From Eledone cirrhosa (taxonomy: Eukaryota): DNA of 64,000 nt. The notes under the pieces were generated by a model. It was not told where the DNA came from. It worked only from the letters and a program-made list of their open reading frames with translations, and did no database searches. The stretch covers positions 211,048,001-211,112,000 of the forward strand of contig OZ024742.1 in the NCBI GenBank assembly GCA_964016885.1, in the 5' to 3' direction. Below are positions 26,436-39,580 of this stretch, piece by piece; position 1 is the stretch's first letter; every line of letters begins with the position of its first letter. A program made the position numbers and the translations under genes.

Positions 26436-26623
26436 AATTGTTTCTACTTTTGGCACTATACCAGCAATTATCCTTAAGGACGAAAGGTAAAGTTAACCCC
26501 GTCGGGATTCTGAGTTCAAATCCCGCCGAGGTTAACTTTGCCTTTCATCCTTACGGGGTCGATAAAATAAAGTACCAGTAATGCAGTTTAATTGCTGGCC
26601 TTGTACCAAAAGTAGAAACAATT
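26436..26623. mobile_element. Fold-back SINE family A (3' half preceded by its own inverted, deleted copy)
   Basis: aattgtttctacttttgg...aaagttaacc..g.cgggatt is the reverse complement of aatcccgccgaggttaacttt...ccaaaagtagaaacaatt; the centre is the B-box. Confidence 0.8.
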
Positions 26624-26679
26624 ATTATATATATACATATATTATATATATTATTTATTATATATATATATTATTTATT

Positions 26680-26693
26680 ATATATATATTACT

Positions 26694-26755
<62 letters not shown>

Positions 26756-26987
26756 TACTTATTATATATATATATATAATAACTAGAAATTGATTAACAT
26801 ATAAATAAACATGAATAATCACAAGTGTGTAAGCACACATAGCTAAGTAGGTAACTAAATAAAGTTAACCAGTTATTATATATATATATATATTACTTAT
26901 TATATATATATATATTACTTATTATATATATATATATTACTTATTATATATATATATATTACTTATTATATATATATATATATATTA

Positions 26988-27050
<63 letters not shown>

Positions 27051-27601
27051 TCCAAATACTTGTCGAGTGCTTTTATATCAGTTATAAATATTTACTAGTT
27101 GTAACCCAACAATTTAAATATAACTTTCCATATATATATATATATATATATATTACTTATATATATATATATATATATATATTACTTATATATATATATA
27201 TTACTTATTATATATATAAATATATATATATTACTTATTATATATATAAATATATATATATTACTTATTATATATATATATATATTACTTATTATATAAA
27301 TATATATATATTACTTATTATATATATATATATATATTACTTATTATATATATATATATATATATTACTTATTATATATATATATATATATAATAAGTAA
27401 TATATATATATATATATATTACTTATTATATATATATATATATTACTTATTATATATATATATATATATAATAAGTAATATATATATATATATATATTAC
27501 TTATTATATATATATATATATATTACTTATTATATATATATATATATATATATTACTTATATATATATATATATATTACTTATATATATATATATATATT
27601 A

Positions 27602-27672
<71 letters not shown>

Positions 27673-27777
27673 CTTATATATATATATATATATATATTAC
27701 TTATTATATATATATATATATATATATTACTTATTATATATATATATATATATATATTACTTATTATATATATATAT
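26680..27777. repeat. (TA)n-TTACTTA compound minisatellite
   Basis: About 30 copies of TATTACTTA(T) separated by variable (TA)n. The same unit reappears at ~28620-28680, ~28850 and ~31480-31510. Confidence 0.9.
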
Positions 27778-28613
27778 CATCATCATCATCATTTTACGTC
27801 CGCTTTTCCCTGCTTGCAAGGGTGGGACGGGTCTTATTCAGCACAGCATCTCTCCACTCGTCACGGTCCTTCGTCATCTCCACCGTGAGCTTCAATGATC
27901 TGAGGTCTGTTCTCACCACCTCCGCCCATGTTTTTCGTGGTCTACTTCTACCACATCTTCCTTCAACTGACATTTCCTAGCACTTCTTCACCCATCAGTC
28001 ATCCTCCATGCGCATCACATGTCCATACCACCTCAGTCTCCTCTCCCGTACACTACATTCTATCCCTCTCAGACACAGTTTCTCTCTCAACGCATTTATG
28101 CTGGGTCGTTCACGCACATTTACACTGCACATCCAACGGAGCATGCTTGCCTCATTTCTCTCCAGCCGTCGCATATCCTCTGCAGTTGCTGCCCATGTCT
28201 CACTACCATGCAGCATCGCGCTCCTCACACAGGCATCATACAACCGGCCTTTCGTACGCAGGGAGAAACCCTTCTTCGTCAACAGAGGAAGTAGCTCCCT
28301 AAACTTCTTCCAACTTCTAGATACTATGGCCTCGGAACACCCTCCTCCCATGCTAATCTGATCTCCTAGGTACCGGAAGCTATCCACCACTTCTATAGCG
28401 CCCTCCTGCATTTGAAAAATGTGTCTATCAATGCGACTTCTACTGTCTAATTTCCCTGTACATCTACTGCATACATATTTCTCCCTACCTGTTAGTTTGC
28501 CTGCTATCCCGCTACATCTCTTGTGTACCCAGGATCTGATCTGCATTGTGTGCATTTTATAGAATTTATGCCAGTTCCTTTTCTGCATATCGAACATGGC
28601 CATTTCCTTGACG
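27778..28613 (-). mobile_element. RTE LINE family 3, 5'-truncated
   Basis: ORF 27995-28603: [40 protein letters not shown]; (CAT)n tail. Confidence 0.9.
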
Positions 28614-28629
28614 ATATATATATATTACT

Positions 28630-28665
<36 letters not shown>

Positions 28666-28680
28666 CTTATTATATATATT

Positions 28681-28838
28681 TGGATTATGCTTTCCAGCAT
28701 AGTTACGTCCCTTTTCGATCTGAGTTCAATTCCCGCCAAGGTTAACTTTGCCTTTCATCCTTACGGGGTCGATAAAATAAAGTACCAGTAATGTACTGGG
28801 ATATTTGCTGGCCTTGTGCCAAAAAGTAGAAACAATTA
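28681..28838 (+). mobile_element. SINE family A, 5'-truncated
   Basis: B-box, core and tail match 1620-1810. Confidence 0.8.
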
Positions 28839-28858
28839 TATATATATATATTACTTAT

Positions 28859-28891
<33 letters not shown>

Positions 28892-28892
28892 C

Positions 28893-29285
28893 TCATCATC
28901 ATCATCATCACCGTTTTATGTCCATTCTTCCACGCTAGCATGGGTTAGATGGGTTGTCCTGTTGTGGGCAGTGTCTGGTCAGCTGACCATGTCTTGCTCA
29001 TACGGGAACTGATTCTGGCTTGATTTCTACAGCTGGATGCCCTTCCTAACACCAACCTCATTTACAGTGAGTGCTGGGTGCTTTTTTGCCGTGGCACCTC
29101 CACGACCACTTTGCAGTGGAATGATAGGGACCCCAGTCCCTATCATCTCATTTCTACAGCTGAGTAAACTGGAACAATGTGAAATAAAGTGTCTTGCGAA
29201 GGAAACAACACATCACTCGGTCCGAGAATTAAACTCACAACCTTTTGATTGCAAGCCCAATGCTCTAACCACTAACCAAGCGCCT
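28893..29285 (-). mobile_element. Composite SINE: tRNA head + family-B core + RTE family 1 3' tail
   Basis: Minus strand reads tggttagtggttagagc (A-box), gagtttaattct (B-box-like), core gcaagacactttatttcac, then ~225 bp matching the RTE 3' UTR of 52768-53030 and (GAT)n. Confidence 0.75.
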
Positions 29286-29465
29286 TATATATATATATAC
29301 ACACACACACACACAATATATAGAGGGGAAAGACACAGAAGGTGTGTTTTTCATTACAGGAATTCAAACCACCAACATGAAGAGACTATAAGCTACTAGA
29401 GGCATTGGTAAAACATTAAAATTAAAAGTATAAATTGAAATGAGAAACCAACCTCACCTAAATCA

Positions 29466-29544
29466 CACATGTACACACTAAACCAGGAGCATGTTTCGCC
29501 ATTTTAGTGGGTTCCAATACGGCCCGGTGGGTCATCAGCATGTG
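29466..29544 (-). ncRNA. Type I hammerhead ribozyme motif (inverted copy)
   Basis: CACAUG-CUGAUGA-(CCA..UGG)-GAA-ACAUGCU/AGUGUGU-A-CAUGUG; GUA cleavage triplet. Confidence 0.75.
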
Positions 29545-29883
29545 GAAGGCCGATATTATTCCTGTAATGAATAACACACTCTTCTGTGTCTTTCCCCTCT
29601 CTATATTGTATTTAAAGTGCCCAGGAAAACTATTTCCTTTGAGCTCATTTAATTACAGGGCTATACGCGAGTCCTTTGTTCCGTTATTTTTACTTGATAT
29701 TTGCTCCTTGCGTTCTCTCTGCTGTTGAGCACCACAAATTGAATAGTATAGGCTGCCATTTCTAGCAGCTTGTTCTGTTAATGCCACCAGTTACTGCACC
29801 GTGCTCGCAATTCTCTTATGTCTACACGTGCGAAGGGTGGTTTACTTTAGTTCTCTCTAGTAGTGCGGACAATATCGGCCTTC

Positions 29884-29961
29884 CACGTGCTGATGACCCA
29901 CCGGGCCGTATTGGAACCCACTTAAATGGCGAAATATGCTCCTGGTGAGTGTGTACATGTG
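29884..29961 (+). ncRNA. Type I hammerhead ribozyme motif
   Basis: Stem I CACGUG/CAUGUG, core CUGAUGA...GAAA, stem III AUAUGCUC/GAGUGUGU, predicted cut after GUA at 29955. Confidence 0.75.
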
Positions 29962-30218
29962 TGATTTAGGTGAGGATGGTTTCATTTCAATTTATACTTT
30001 TAATTTTAATGTTTTACCAATGCCTCTAGTAGCTTCTATTCTCTTCACGCTGGTGGTTTGAATTCCCGTAATGAAAAACACACTCTTCTGTGTCTTTCCC
30101 CTCTCTATATTGTATTTAAAGTGCCCAGGAAAACTATTTCCTTTGAGCTCATTTAATTACAGGATTATACGCAAGTCCTTTGCTCCATTATTTTTACTTG
30201 ATATATATATATATATAT

Positions 30219-31476
30219 CATCATCATCTTCTTCGTTTAACACCCACTTTCCACACTAGCATGGGTTAGACGGGAGTTGTCCCACTTGAGGCAAGGTTGG
30301 TCGGGTGACCATGTCTTGCTCATATAGGACTATCTGGCAGGTTTTCTATGGCTGGATGCCCTTCCTAACACCAACCACATTTAAAGTGTGGAACTGGGAA
30401 CTTTTTACCGTGTTACCTACACGACCACATTACAGCGTGGACTGTGAGTTTTTTTTCTTGCGACACCTACACGATCTCGATCTCATCTCATTTATTTGGA
30501 CTGGATGTTGTGGTACCAACTTTATAGAGAGAGGGTGGTGTTGGTGGGAGTGGGAGGATAGGGTAGGAGTAGTGGATTGGGGAGTATATTTGGTTAAGAC
30601 GTGCCTACTGACTGTAGGTTTTGCTTTGTACATAGGCAAGGAGAGCCGTCTGTATTACTGCGTAGTGCCAAAGATCTCAGTCCAGTGACATTGTCTTAGA
30701 GAGGTGCAAGTGTGCAAGGTCGGAATTTATCAGATCATCCCAGGTTTTTCTGGGTCTACCTACTCCATAACTACCATGAATTTTGATCGCCCTGCACTTT
30801 TTTATACAGCTGTCGTCTTTCATGCGCATCACGTGGCCATACCAACGTAGTCTTCTCTCGAGTAAACAGCATCTGATCCCTCTTATTCCTAATTTCTCAC
30901 TTAGTTCATTTATGCTTTGCCGTTCACGTATATTACTATTACACATCCAACGGAGCATGCATGCTTTGTTCCTTTCCAGTCTACGCAGGTCCTCTGCACA
31001 TAATGCCCATGTCTCACTGCCATGTAGCATTGCTGTTCGTATACAAGCATCATACAATCTGCCTTTCATTTTTAGAGAGAAACCTTTTGTGGCCAACAGC
31101 GGTATAAGCTCTCTGAACTTTTTCCATCCCGTTCTGACTCTGGTTATTGTACTTTCAGAACACCCTCCACCACTGCTGATTTTGTCACCCAGGTAACGGA
31201 AAGTGTCTACTATTTCTATAGAACCATCTGGGCAATAGAAGGGGCTAGTATCCTCTGGACACCTGCTACCTATTGCATCTGAGCATCGGCCACATATAAA
31301 GTTTACGTTCTTAGATAGTTTACCTGTGGTCCCACTACATCTTTTATGTACCGATACTTTGCATTTGGGACATAAAATTAAATTTCTGCCTACTCCTTTC
31401 CTACACACTGAGGCCATTTCCCTGAGGGTACCTGTGCCTTATTTTCCTTTCTACAAACTAGAACTTTAGTCTTAGA
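30219..31476 (-). mobile_element. RTE LINE family 2, 5'-truncated
   Basis: ORF 30677-31417 (PHD-like finger, FRYLGD, LHGSETW, RLRWYGHV), 3' UTR and (CAT)n tail; both flanks are TA repeat. Confidence 0.92.
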
Positions 31477-31532
31477 TATATTACTTATTATATATATATA
31501 TATTACTTATATATATATAAATATGTGTGTGT

Positions 31533-31815
31533 GATCGCGTGGCTTAGTGGTTGGAGAGCTGGATCCACGATCGTGATGTTGTGAGTTCAATTCCAGGACC
31601 GGACGATGCGTTGTGTCCTTGTGCAAGACACTTTATTTCACGTTGCTCCAGTTCAATCAACTGTACAAATGAGTTGCGACGTTACTGGTGCCCAACTGTA
31701 TCGGTGAACAACATCAGTGGCGTGGAGAGGGGTAACTGGTATGCATGGTCTTCTATAAAACACCTTGCCCGGGTTTGTGCCTTGTGACTGAAGGGGTCTT
31801 TATCCTTTACCCTTT
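31533..31815 (+). mobile_element. tRNA-derived SINE family B, full length
   Basis: A-box tggcttagtggtt, B-box gagttcaattcc, core gttgtgtccttgtgcaagacacttt, tail cctttacccttt. Confidence 0.85.
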
Positions 31816-32049
31816 TATATATGTATATAAGACAAAGGGGAAAGAAAGTAATACTGTATACCAAATATGTATGATAGTACAATGTATGGGGTGAAGAACG
31901 TTCAAAACGAATATATATATATATATATATACATATATACACATATATATACACACATATATATATACATACATATATATATATATATATATACACATTT
32001 ATATATATATACATACATATATATAAATATATGTATGTATATATATAAG

Positions 32050-32790
32050 AATAAAAGAACACCTCAATACTAACGCTTCCTCATTTAAGAAACACCTAGT
32101 TAAATGCAAAAACACCAACAAAACCATAACAGTTATGATAGAAACTAAGGAAAGAAACCTCGGCAATCTTAGAATTAAGGAAGCACTAATTATAGACAAA
32201 ACACAACCACCAATCAATAATAGACTAGAACTCAACACCCAATTTATAACTTGATAGAGCTTCTAGCCCCATATTTACACACACCCCACACGCACACACG
32301 CACACGCTTACACCTCCACTTATTCTCTCTCACACATACACACACAAAACCAATTCTAACACGAGATAACATCTATTCCCCACATTTACGTATAGACATA
32401 TCTTCTCACACTCACACATACACACTCACATACTTACACCTTCATGCATTCTCCCACACACTTAAACAGGCATGTACAAAAAAGAACAAAAAAAAAAAAA
32501 ACCTTTTAAAGGGAGACTACTCTTTATCCACCTAATCTTAACTCTTTGACATTAGAGATAGAACAGATACTCTATACCATTTCCTGTCAGCATGACTTGG
32601 CAAGCTATTTAGAACACTGGATTAACAGGTTTACTTCCCTCTGTAGAAGAGATATTATCTCGAAAATTAAGGACATTTAAATAAATCTAAGGTAAAAGAC
32701 TAATTGTCAACAATATCTTTTGCATTTGCATTCTTTATTCTATGTCCATACCTGCATTGTTTTGGCTTTATTATACATATACAAACGTTT
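32050..32790 (+). mobile_element. Penelope-like 3' remnant (end of GIY-YIG domain plus 3' UTR)
   Basis: ETKERNLGNLRIKEALIIDKTQPPINNRLE matches the PLE endonuclease C-terminus; decayed hammerhead-like ctgtaga..gagat/atctc..gaaa at ~32641-32670. Confidence 0.6.
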
Positions 32791-32794
32791 ATAC

Positions 32795-32827
<33 letters not shown>

Positions 32828-32976
32828 CACATATATATATATACACATATATATATATATACACATATATATATATATACACATATATATATACACATAT
32901 ATATATATATACACATATATATATACACATATATATATACACATATATATATACACATATATATATACATATATTA

Positions 32977-35900
32977 TACGACTGGTATTATAGCTGAAAA
33001 ACTACGAGAACTATGGATCAGAGATATCTCAAAAGAAGAAAACAAATCAAGAAAGGTATGGCAGCAGAAACAATTATTTCTCGACGAATATGCTGCAAAT
33101 TACGGTAAAGACTCTGGAACCCTGAGAAAAAGCATTAAAAGTGGACAATCTCACCAACACAACATACGCCAGAACACGTGCCAACACAAACACTCACCTT
33201 ACCTTGAATCAAAGAAGAACTACGGTAATAACTCTTCGCTTTTTCTACAAAAACACCCTTTCGCACACAACATGAACAAAACGCACAAACACGATAGATA
33301 TTCCTTTGACCAGACCATGAGAAGTAGTAAAACCAGGAGATCATTCTCAAGATCTCAACAGAGACTACCCACAAGGAATGTGGAAACAAAACGTAGAATA
33401 ACCAGATCACTCCCAAGATCTCAACAGAGATTACCCACAAGAAACTGGGTGAAAAAAACGATCTAAACCTGAAAGCAAATCTAGGTCATTTCCCCAGTTT
33501 GTTAAAAATAATACTAACAAGAAATGGAAAAATATTATACATAATACCAAAAATAGGACAAAATACATAACAAAACCAAATATAATATCACGACCAAAAG
33601 TTCATCAAGCGAACACCAACAGGAATATAAATCCTGAACAGAGAAAAATCCATTTTTTAACGTCAGGACAACAAAAACCGGAAAAAGAAAAACTCCAGGA
33701 GGAAACATACCCAAAACAACTGTACACGTAGATCCTAAAATAATTAATTTATCCAAAAGAGATCTTGACAATGATGAAATGCAAATTCTGTCAAAAGGAC
33801 TGAAATTCACACCGACTCCAACAGTCAACCACCAAGAACTGAAGGAGGATACCCAAGAATTCTGTCGAAAATTACGTCTTGTAGAATTCTTCGCTGATAA
33901 AAATAATGAGAGTGATGAATCACTAGTAAAGAATAAATCAAATTTCACTCCGCCAAAAGGAAGAAATATCTATCTCTACCAATACATTGACATCCTGTCT
34001 AAATTTCCTCTTAGACATAATACTAATGTTAGGCCAAACATTAACAAATCAAAAATGCCTGCACTTAAATGTATATAAAATGATAAAACAATAATAATTA
34101 AACAAGCAGATAAAGGGGGTGCAGTTGTTATAATGGATACTGAATACTACAAGGATTTGGTTGAGGAACAACTGAAAGACACAACATTCTATCATGAAAT
34201 ACCGTCAAATATAGACCACAACATCATGAAGAAGATCAACAACCTGGCTTCAAAATACCACAACTCACTTACTGATAAGGAAAGAGACTACATCACCAAT
34301 TTTGAGCCAAAACCCAGCAACCTGTATGGCCTACCGAAAGTTCATAAGTCAAAAGAAATACAATTGGCAGTAAGAGAACAAAACAGTGAGTACATTAAAT
34401 TACTACACCCAAAAGACTTAAAACTTAGACCTATTATAGCTGGTCCAACATGCCCCACCCACCGTCTAAGCAATTTTGTTGACATTATTTTGAAACCACT
34501 ATGTATTCCTGTCCAGCTTCCCAAAACCACGGAAACGAATTCACTTCTACTTAGTTTTGATGTGGTAAGCCTTTACACCAACATTACACGATTTAGGAAT
34601 AAAGGCGGTTAAATACTGGGTGGAAAAACATAGAGAAGTGATTCCCATCAGATTTACAGCGCCATTTATATTAGAAACAGTTAAACTTATTCTGGAAAAC
34701 AACACTTTCTTCTTCAATGGAAAGAATTACATCCAAATTAAAGGCACAGCGATGGGAACGAAGTTTGCTCCCGTTTACGCGAACTCTGTAATGGGATACT
34801 TAGAACAACAACTCTACCAAGAAATAGAGGAAAAATATAGTACTGACTTTAGAAAGTACATTGAAAAATCTTGGAAGAGATACCTTGACGACTGTTTCAT
34901 CATCTGGACAGAATCTCTAGATACTCTGGATGAGTTCAATATCCTCCTGAATAACCTACACCCATCTCTTCAATTCACAAAAGAGATGAGTAGGACCAAA
35001 TTACCATTCCTAGATATAATGATAATCAAAAACGACACCACCATTACCACGAATCATCATCACCGTTTTACGTCCGTTCTTCCACGCTAGCATGGGTTAG
35101 ACGGGTTGTCCTGTTGTGGGCAGTGTCTGGTCGGCTGACCATGCCTTGCTCATACAGGAACTGATCTGGCTTGATTTCTACAGCTGGATGCCCTTCCTAA
35201 CACCAACCTCATTTACAGTGAGTGCTGGGTGCTTTTTCGTGGCGCCTACACGTCCACTTTACAGTGTGGGCTGGGTGCTTTTTTGCCGTGGCACCTCCAC
35301 GACCACCTTGCGGTGGGGGGGGGGGGGGGCATATTGTTTATATGCTTCAGCATGTACCCATGGGAGGTCGGGTACCCTGTATTACTGCGTGACGCCAGAA
35401 GTCACGGTCGTGTGTCATTGACTTTGAGAGGTGTAGTTGGGTAAGGTCGGCTTTTATCACCTCATCCCAAGTCATCTTGGGTCTCCCCACTCCGCGGTTT
35501 CCATCAACTTCTAGTGCTCTGCACCTTTTTATGCAGCTGTCATCCTTCATACGCATCACATGTCCATACCAGCGTAACCGCCTCTCCTGCACGCAGCATT
35601 TGATTCCTCTTATGCTCAGTCTCTCTCTCAATTCATTTATGCTTTGTCGTTCACGTATATTACTGTTACACATCCATCGGAGCATGCAGGCTTCGTTTCT
35701 CTCTAATCTACGTAAGTCTTCCACCTTCAGCGCCCAGGTCTCACTACCATGCAACATCGCTGTTCGGATACACGCGTCATACAGTCTGCCTTTCATTCTG
35801 AGGGAGAAGCCTTTTGCAGCTAGCAGTGGTAGTAGTTCCCTAAACTTCTTCCATCCCGTTCTTACCCTAGTTATTGTACTTTCTGAGCACCCACCTCCGT

Positions 35901-37265
35901 TGCTAATTCGGTCACCTAGGTAGCAGAAGCTGTCTACTGTTTCTACAGGGCCCTCCCAGAGATTGGTGGTACTTGTTTCCTGTGGCTGTTTGCTTGCTGT
36001 TTCAGCACAGCTGCTGCATGTGAATCCTACATTCTTAAATATATATTATAAAACACACAGACACCCATCAATATCTGAATTTTAAGTTGTGCCATCCACC
36101 TCATACAAAACGCAACATCCCATACTGCTTAGCCAGAAGAATTTGTACCATTGTAGAAGATACGACTACCAGGTACAAACGCCTAACAGAACTAAGAGAA
36201 TTTTTGCTCAAACAAAAATACCCATCTCTACTTATAGAAAATGGCATACAGCGGGCTATAAAAATACCTATACAACAACTTAGGACAACCCAAGGAAGAA
36301 GAAACCAAGAACTGGTCATACCATTTATAATGACACACAACCCATGTCACCAGAATATCTTCAACACTGCCAAAGCAAACCTACCGATCATTGCTCAAAG
36401 TAATGAATTAAAAGGCTTAATCACAGATCGATCTTTGACTCTTAGTAAAAGACAGCTGAAAAATTTGAAGCAATTACTAACAAAAGCAAAGTTTGACCTT
36501 AACAACAAAGACCAATCATTCACTGTATCTACATGCAATGATAGTCGATGTGGCACATGTCAATCCATACACGCCGGTCAATATATGAAAACAAAAATTG
36601 GAAAAATATTCCCAAATGCAAATATGAACTGCAAAAGCAGAAATCTAATTTACTGCATTAAATTCCCGAATTGTGAAGAACTATATGTCGGTCAAACTGG
36701 AAATGCACTATTGGAACATGCACGGGTACACCGTCAGCAAATCAAAGACCCAAATGTCCGTCAGATACCCCTAAGTAACCATCTAGCAACATGTGGTCAG
36801 GGAATATTTATAATAATCCCATTCTACAAATTACACAGCCCAAGTGAAATCAAGAGAAACATTAAAGAAAAGAATTTTATTGATAAATTCAAACCCAAGC
36901 TAAATGAACAATAATAATGCTTAGGGGTATTACTTCTACTATGACTATGACTACGACCATGTCGACTACGACCACTAACAACAACAACAACAATAATAAT
37001 AATAATAAAAGTGATGTTGATGGTGATGATTACTAGAAAATGCTATTTTCATCATTTCTAAAAATAGCAAAACAATTGATGCTTTGGATAGGATCAATTA
37101 GTGGTCGTTAGACATGCTCAACCAACCATGACGCCTAAACCAATCAGCTTTAGTAATTCAGTGAAACTACACACTGGTTGGTCGAAATACAGTTTGCAAG
37201 ATTTAGCATTCTGTAGCCACTTTTCACTGTATATAAGGTACAAAATTTACCCATCTACTTTTATA
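32977..37265 (+). mobile_element. Penelope-like element copy A (RT + GIY-YIG), degenerate, interrupted by RTE
   Basis: IINLS..ILSKGLKF, ADKGGAVV, LPKVHK, RPII, FDVVSLYTNI, GTAMG, RYLDDCF, LPFLD, NLIY..LYVGQT; several frameshifts and a small deletion relative to copy B. Confidence 0.93.
35055..36038 (-). mobile_element. RTE family 1 copy, 5'-truncated, inserted in PLE copy A
   Basis: Near-identical to 52768-53760; interrupts the PLE at ...ACCACG(G/A)AT^ATATATTATA. Confidence 0.95.
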
Positions 37266-37367
37266 TTGTTCTGGTATCTCGAATTAGTGCCATTGAACCA
37301 CATGTATTATAAACAACTTGAATATTTCTACAAGTACATTGTACCTGTTGAGGTATCCATCCACTTC

Positions 37368-37412
<45 letters not shown>

Positions 37413-37417
37413 TATAT

Positions 37418-37464
<47 letters not shown>

Positions 37465-37631
37465 TATATATACATACATATATATATACATATATATATA
37501 TACACATATATATAAAAACATATATATACATATATATATACACATATATATATACATATATACACATATACACATATATATATGCATATATATATATACA
37601 TATATACATATATATATACATATATACATAT

Positions 37632-38520
37632 AACTGGGTGGAAAAAGTTCAGAGAGCTTATACCACTATTAGCCGCTAAAGGGTTCTCCCTAAAAATGAA
37701 AGGCAGGCTGTACGATGCCTGCATACGAACAGCAATGTTGCATGGCAGTGAGACCTGGGCATTATGTGCAGAGGATATACGCAAACTAGAGAGAAACGAA
37801 GCTTGCATGCTCCGCTGGATGTGTAATAGTAATATACGTGAACGACAAAGCATAAACGAACTAAGGAAAAAATTAGAAATAAGAGGGATCAGATGTTGTT
37901 TACTAGAGAGAAGGCTATGTTGGTATGGTCACGTGATGCGCATGAAGGACGATAGCTGTATAACAAAGTGCAGGGCAATAAAGATAGACGGTAGCCACGG
38001 AATAGGCAGACCCGGAAAAATCTGGGACGAGCTGATAAACTCCGACCTCACACACTTACACCTCACCAAGACAATGTCACTGGACCGAGACCTTTGGCGG
38101 TACTCAGTAACAGAGAAAACCCGCCTTACCTAAATACAAAGTAAAACCTACTACAGTCAGTAGGCATCTCTAACAAAATACACCCCCGTCCCACCACCCC
38201 CACCCCATCCACACCGCCCCCTTCTATGTAAAGTTATGTTGGTGCCACACCATCCAGGCCGAAACAAATGAGATCGTGTAGGTGTCACGACAAAAAAACA
38301 CACAGTCCACGCTGTAATGTGGCCGTGTAGGCAACACGGTAAAAACCTCCCAGACCCACACTGTAAATGTGGTTGGTGTTAGGAAGGGCATCTAACTGTA
38401 GAAAACCTGCCAGACAGTCCTATGCGAGCAAGACAATCACTCTTGCCTCAAGTGGGAATACCCCCGTCCAAACCCATGCAAGCGTGGAACACGGACGTTA
38501 AACGTTGATGATGATGATGA
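37632..38520 (+). mobile_element. RTE family 2 copy, 5'-truncated
   Basis: [13 protein letters not shown]...TEKTRLT*, 3' UTR like 30219-30600, (GAT)n tail. Confidence 0.92.
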
Positions 38521-38765
38521 TTTGTTAGAGATGCCTACTGGCTGTAGTAGGTTTTACTATGTATTTAGGTAAGGCGGGTCTTCTCTGTTACTGAGTACCG
38601 CCAAAGGTCTCGGTCCAGTGACATTGTCTTGGAGAGGTGTAAGTGTGTGAGGTCGGAGTTTATCAGCTCGTCCCAGATTTTTCTAGGTCTGCCTATTCCG
38701 TGGCTACCGTCTATCTTTATTGCCCTGCACTTTGTTATACAGCTATCGACTTTCATGCGCATCAT
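38521..38765 (-). mobile_element. Inverted fragment of the same RTE family 2
   Basis: Reverse complement of ~37934-38177 with a handful of substitutions. Confidence 0.9.
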
Positions 38766-38806
38766 ATGTATATATATATGTATATATATATATGTATATA
38801 TATATG

Positions 38807-38840
<34 letters not shown>

Positions 38841-39166
38841 TGTATATACATATATATATATATACATATATATATATACATATATATATATACATATATA
38901 TTTATATATATGTATATTTATATATATGTATATACATATATATGTATATACATATATATATATATACATATATATATATACATATATATATATACATATA
39001 TATATATACATATATATATATATACATATATATATATACATATATATATTAATAAGAGGAATTCCAACTTTGTCTGATTTACTCGTTTTATTTACAATCC
39101 TTTAAAATATATATAATGGTATTATAATGAAATAGTATGATAGAATATTAAATTCTAAGTGTTAAT

Positions 39167-39205
39167 TGAACAAGTACTTTCATGCTTTCGCAATCTTCAG
39201 GTTCA
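39167..39205 (-). ncRNA. Minimal type I hammerhead motif in PLE 3' end
   Basis: UGAAC-CUGAAGA-uUGC GAAA GCAu-GAA-AGUACU-U-GUUCA; palindromic stem III. Confidence 0.7.
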
Positions 39206-39580
39206 TGATATGTGGTGACAGTCGAGTTTGCAATTTTCAACTGTAATGAGATGGGTAAATTTCCTACCTTTTATACATTTTATACAGAGAAAAGTGGCTC
39301 CAGAATGCAAAGCCCTGTAAACTGTATTTCGACCAATCAGTGTGTAGTTTCACTGAATTACTACAGCTGATTGGTTTAAGCGTCACGGCTGGTTGAGCAT
39401 GCTAACGACCAATAGTCATATCCAACGTATCAATTGTTTTGCTTTTTTGAAATGATGAAAATAGCATTTTCTATTAATCATCACCATCAACATCACTTTT
39501 ATTATTATTATTATTGTTGTTGTTGTTGTTGTTAGTGGTCGTGGTCATAGTGGTAGTAGAAGTAATACCCCTAGGCGTTA

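Larger units (their letters stand above)
29316..30204 (+). mobile_element. Non-coding retrozyme/PLE-like element: 504-bp period partial tandem with 5' inverted segment
   Basis: 29559-29700 is directly repeated at 30063-30204. 29316-29557 is the reverse complement of ~29871-30111. Contains a hammerhead motif, has no credible ORF and is flanked by TA/CA repeats. Confidence 0.75.

Noticed and set aside
32636-32672. Hammerhead-like motif in PLE remnant
   Set aside because: The core reads CUGUAGA (A6 lost) and stem I is only ~3 bp; treated as decayed and not counted.
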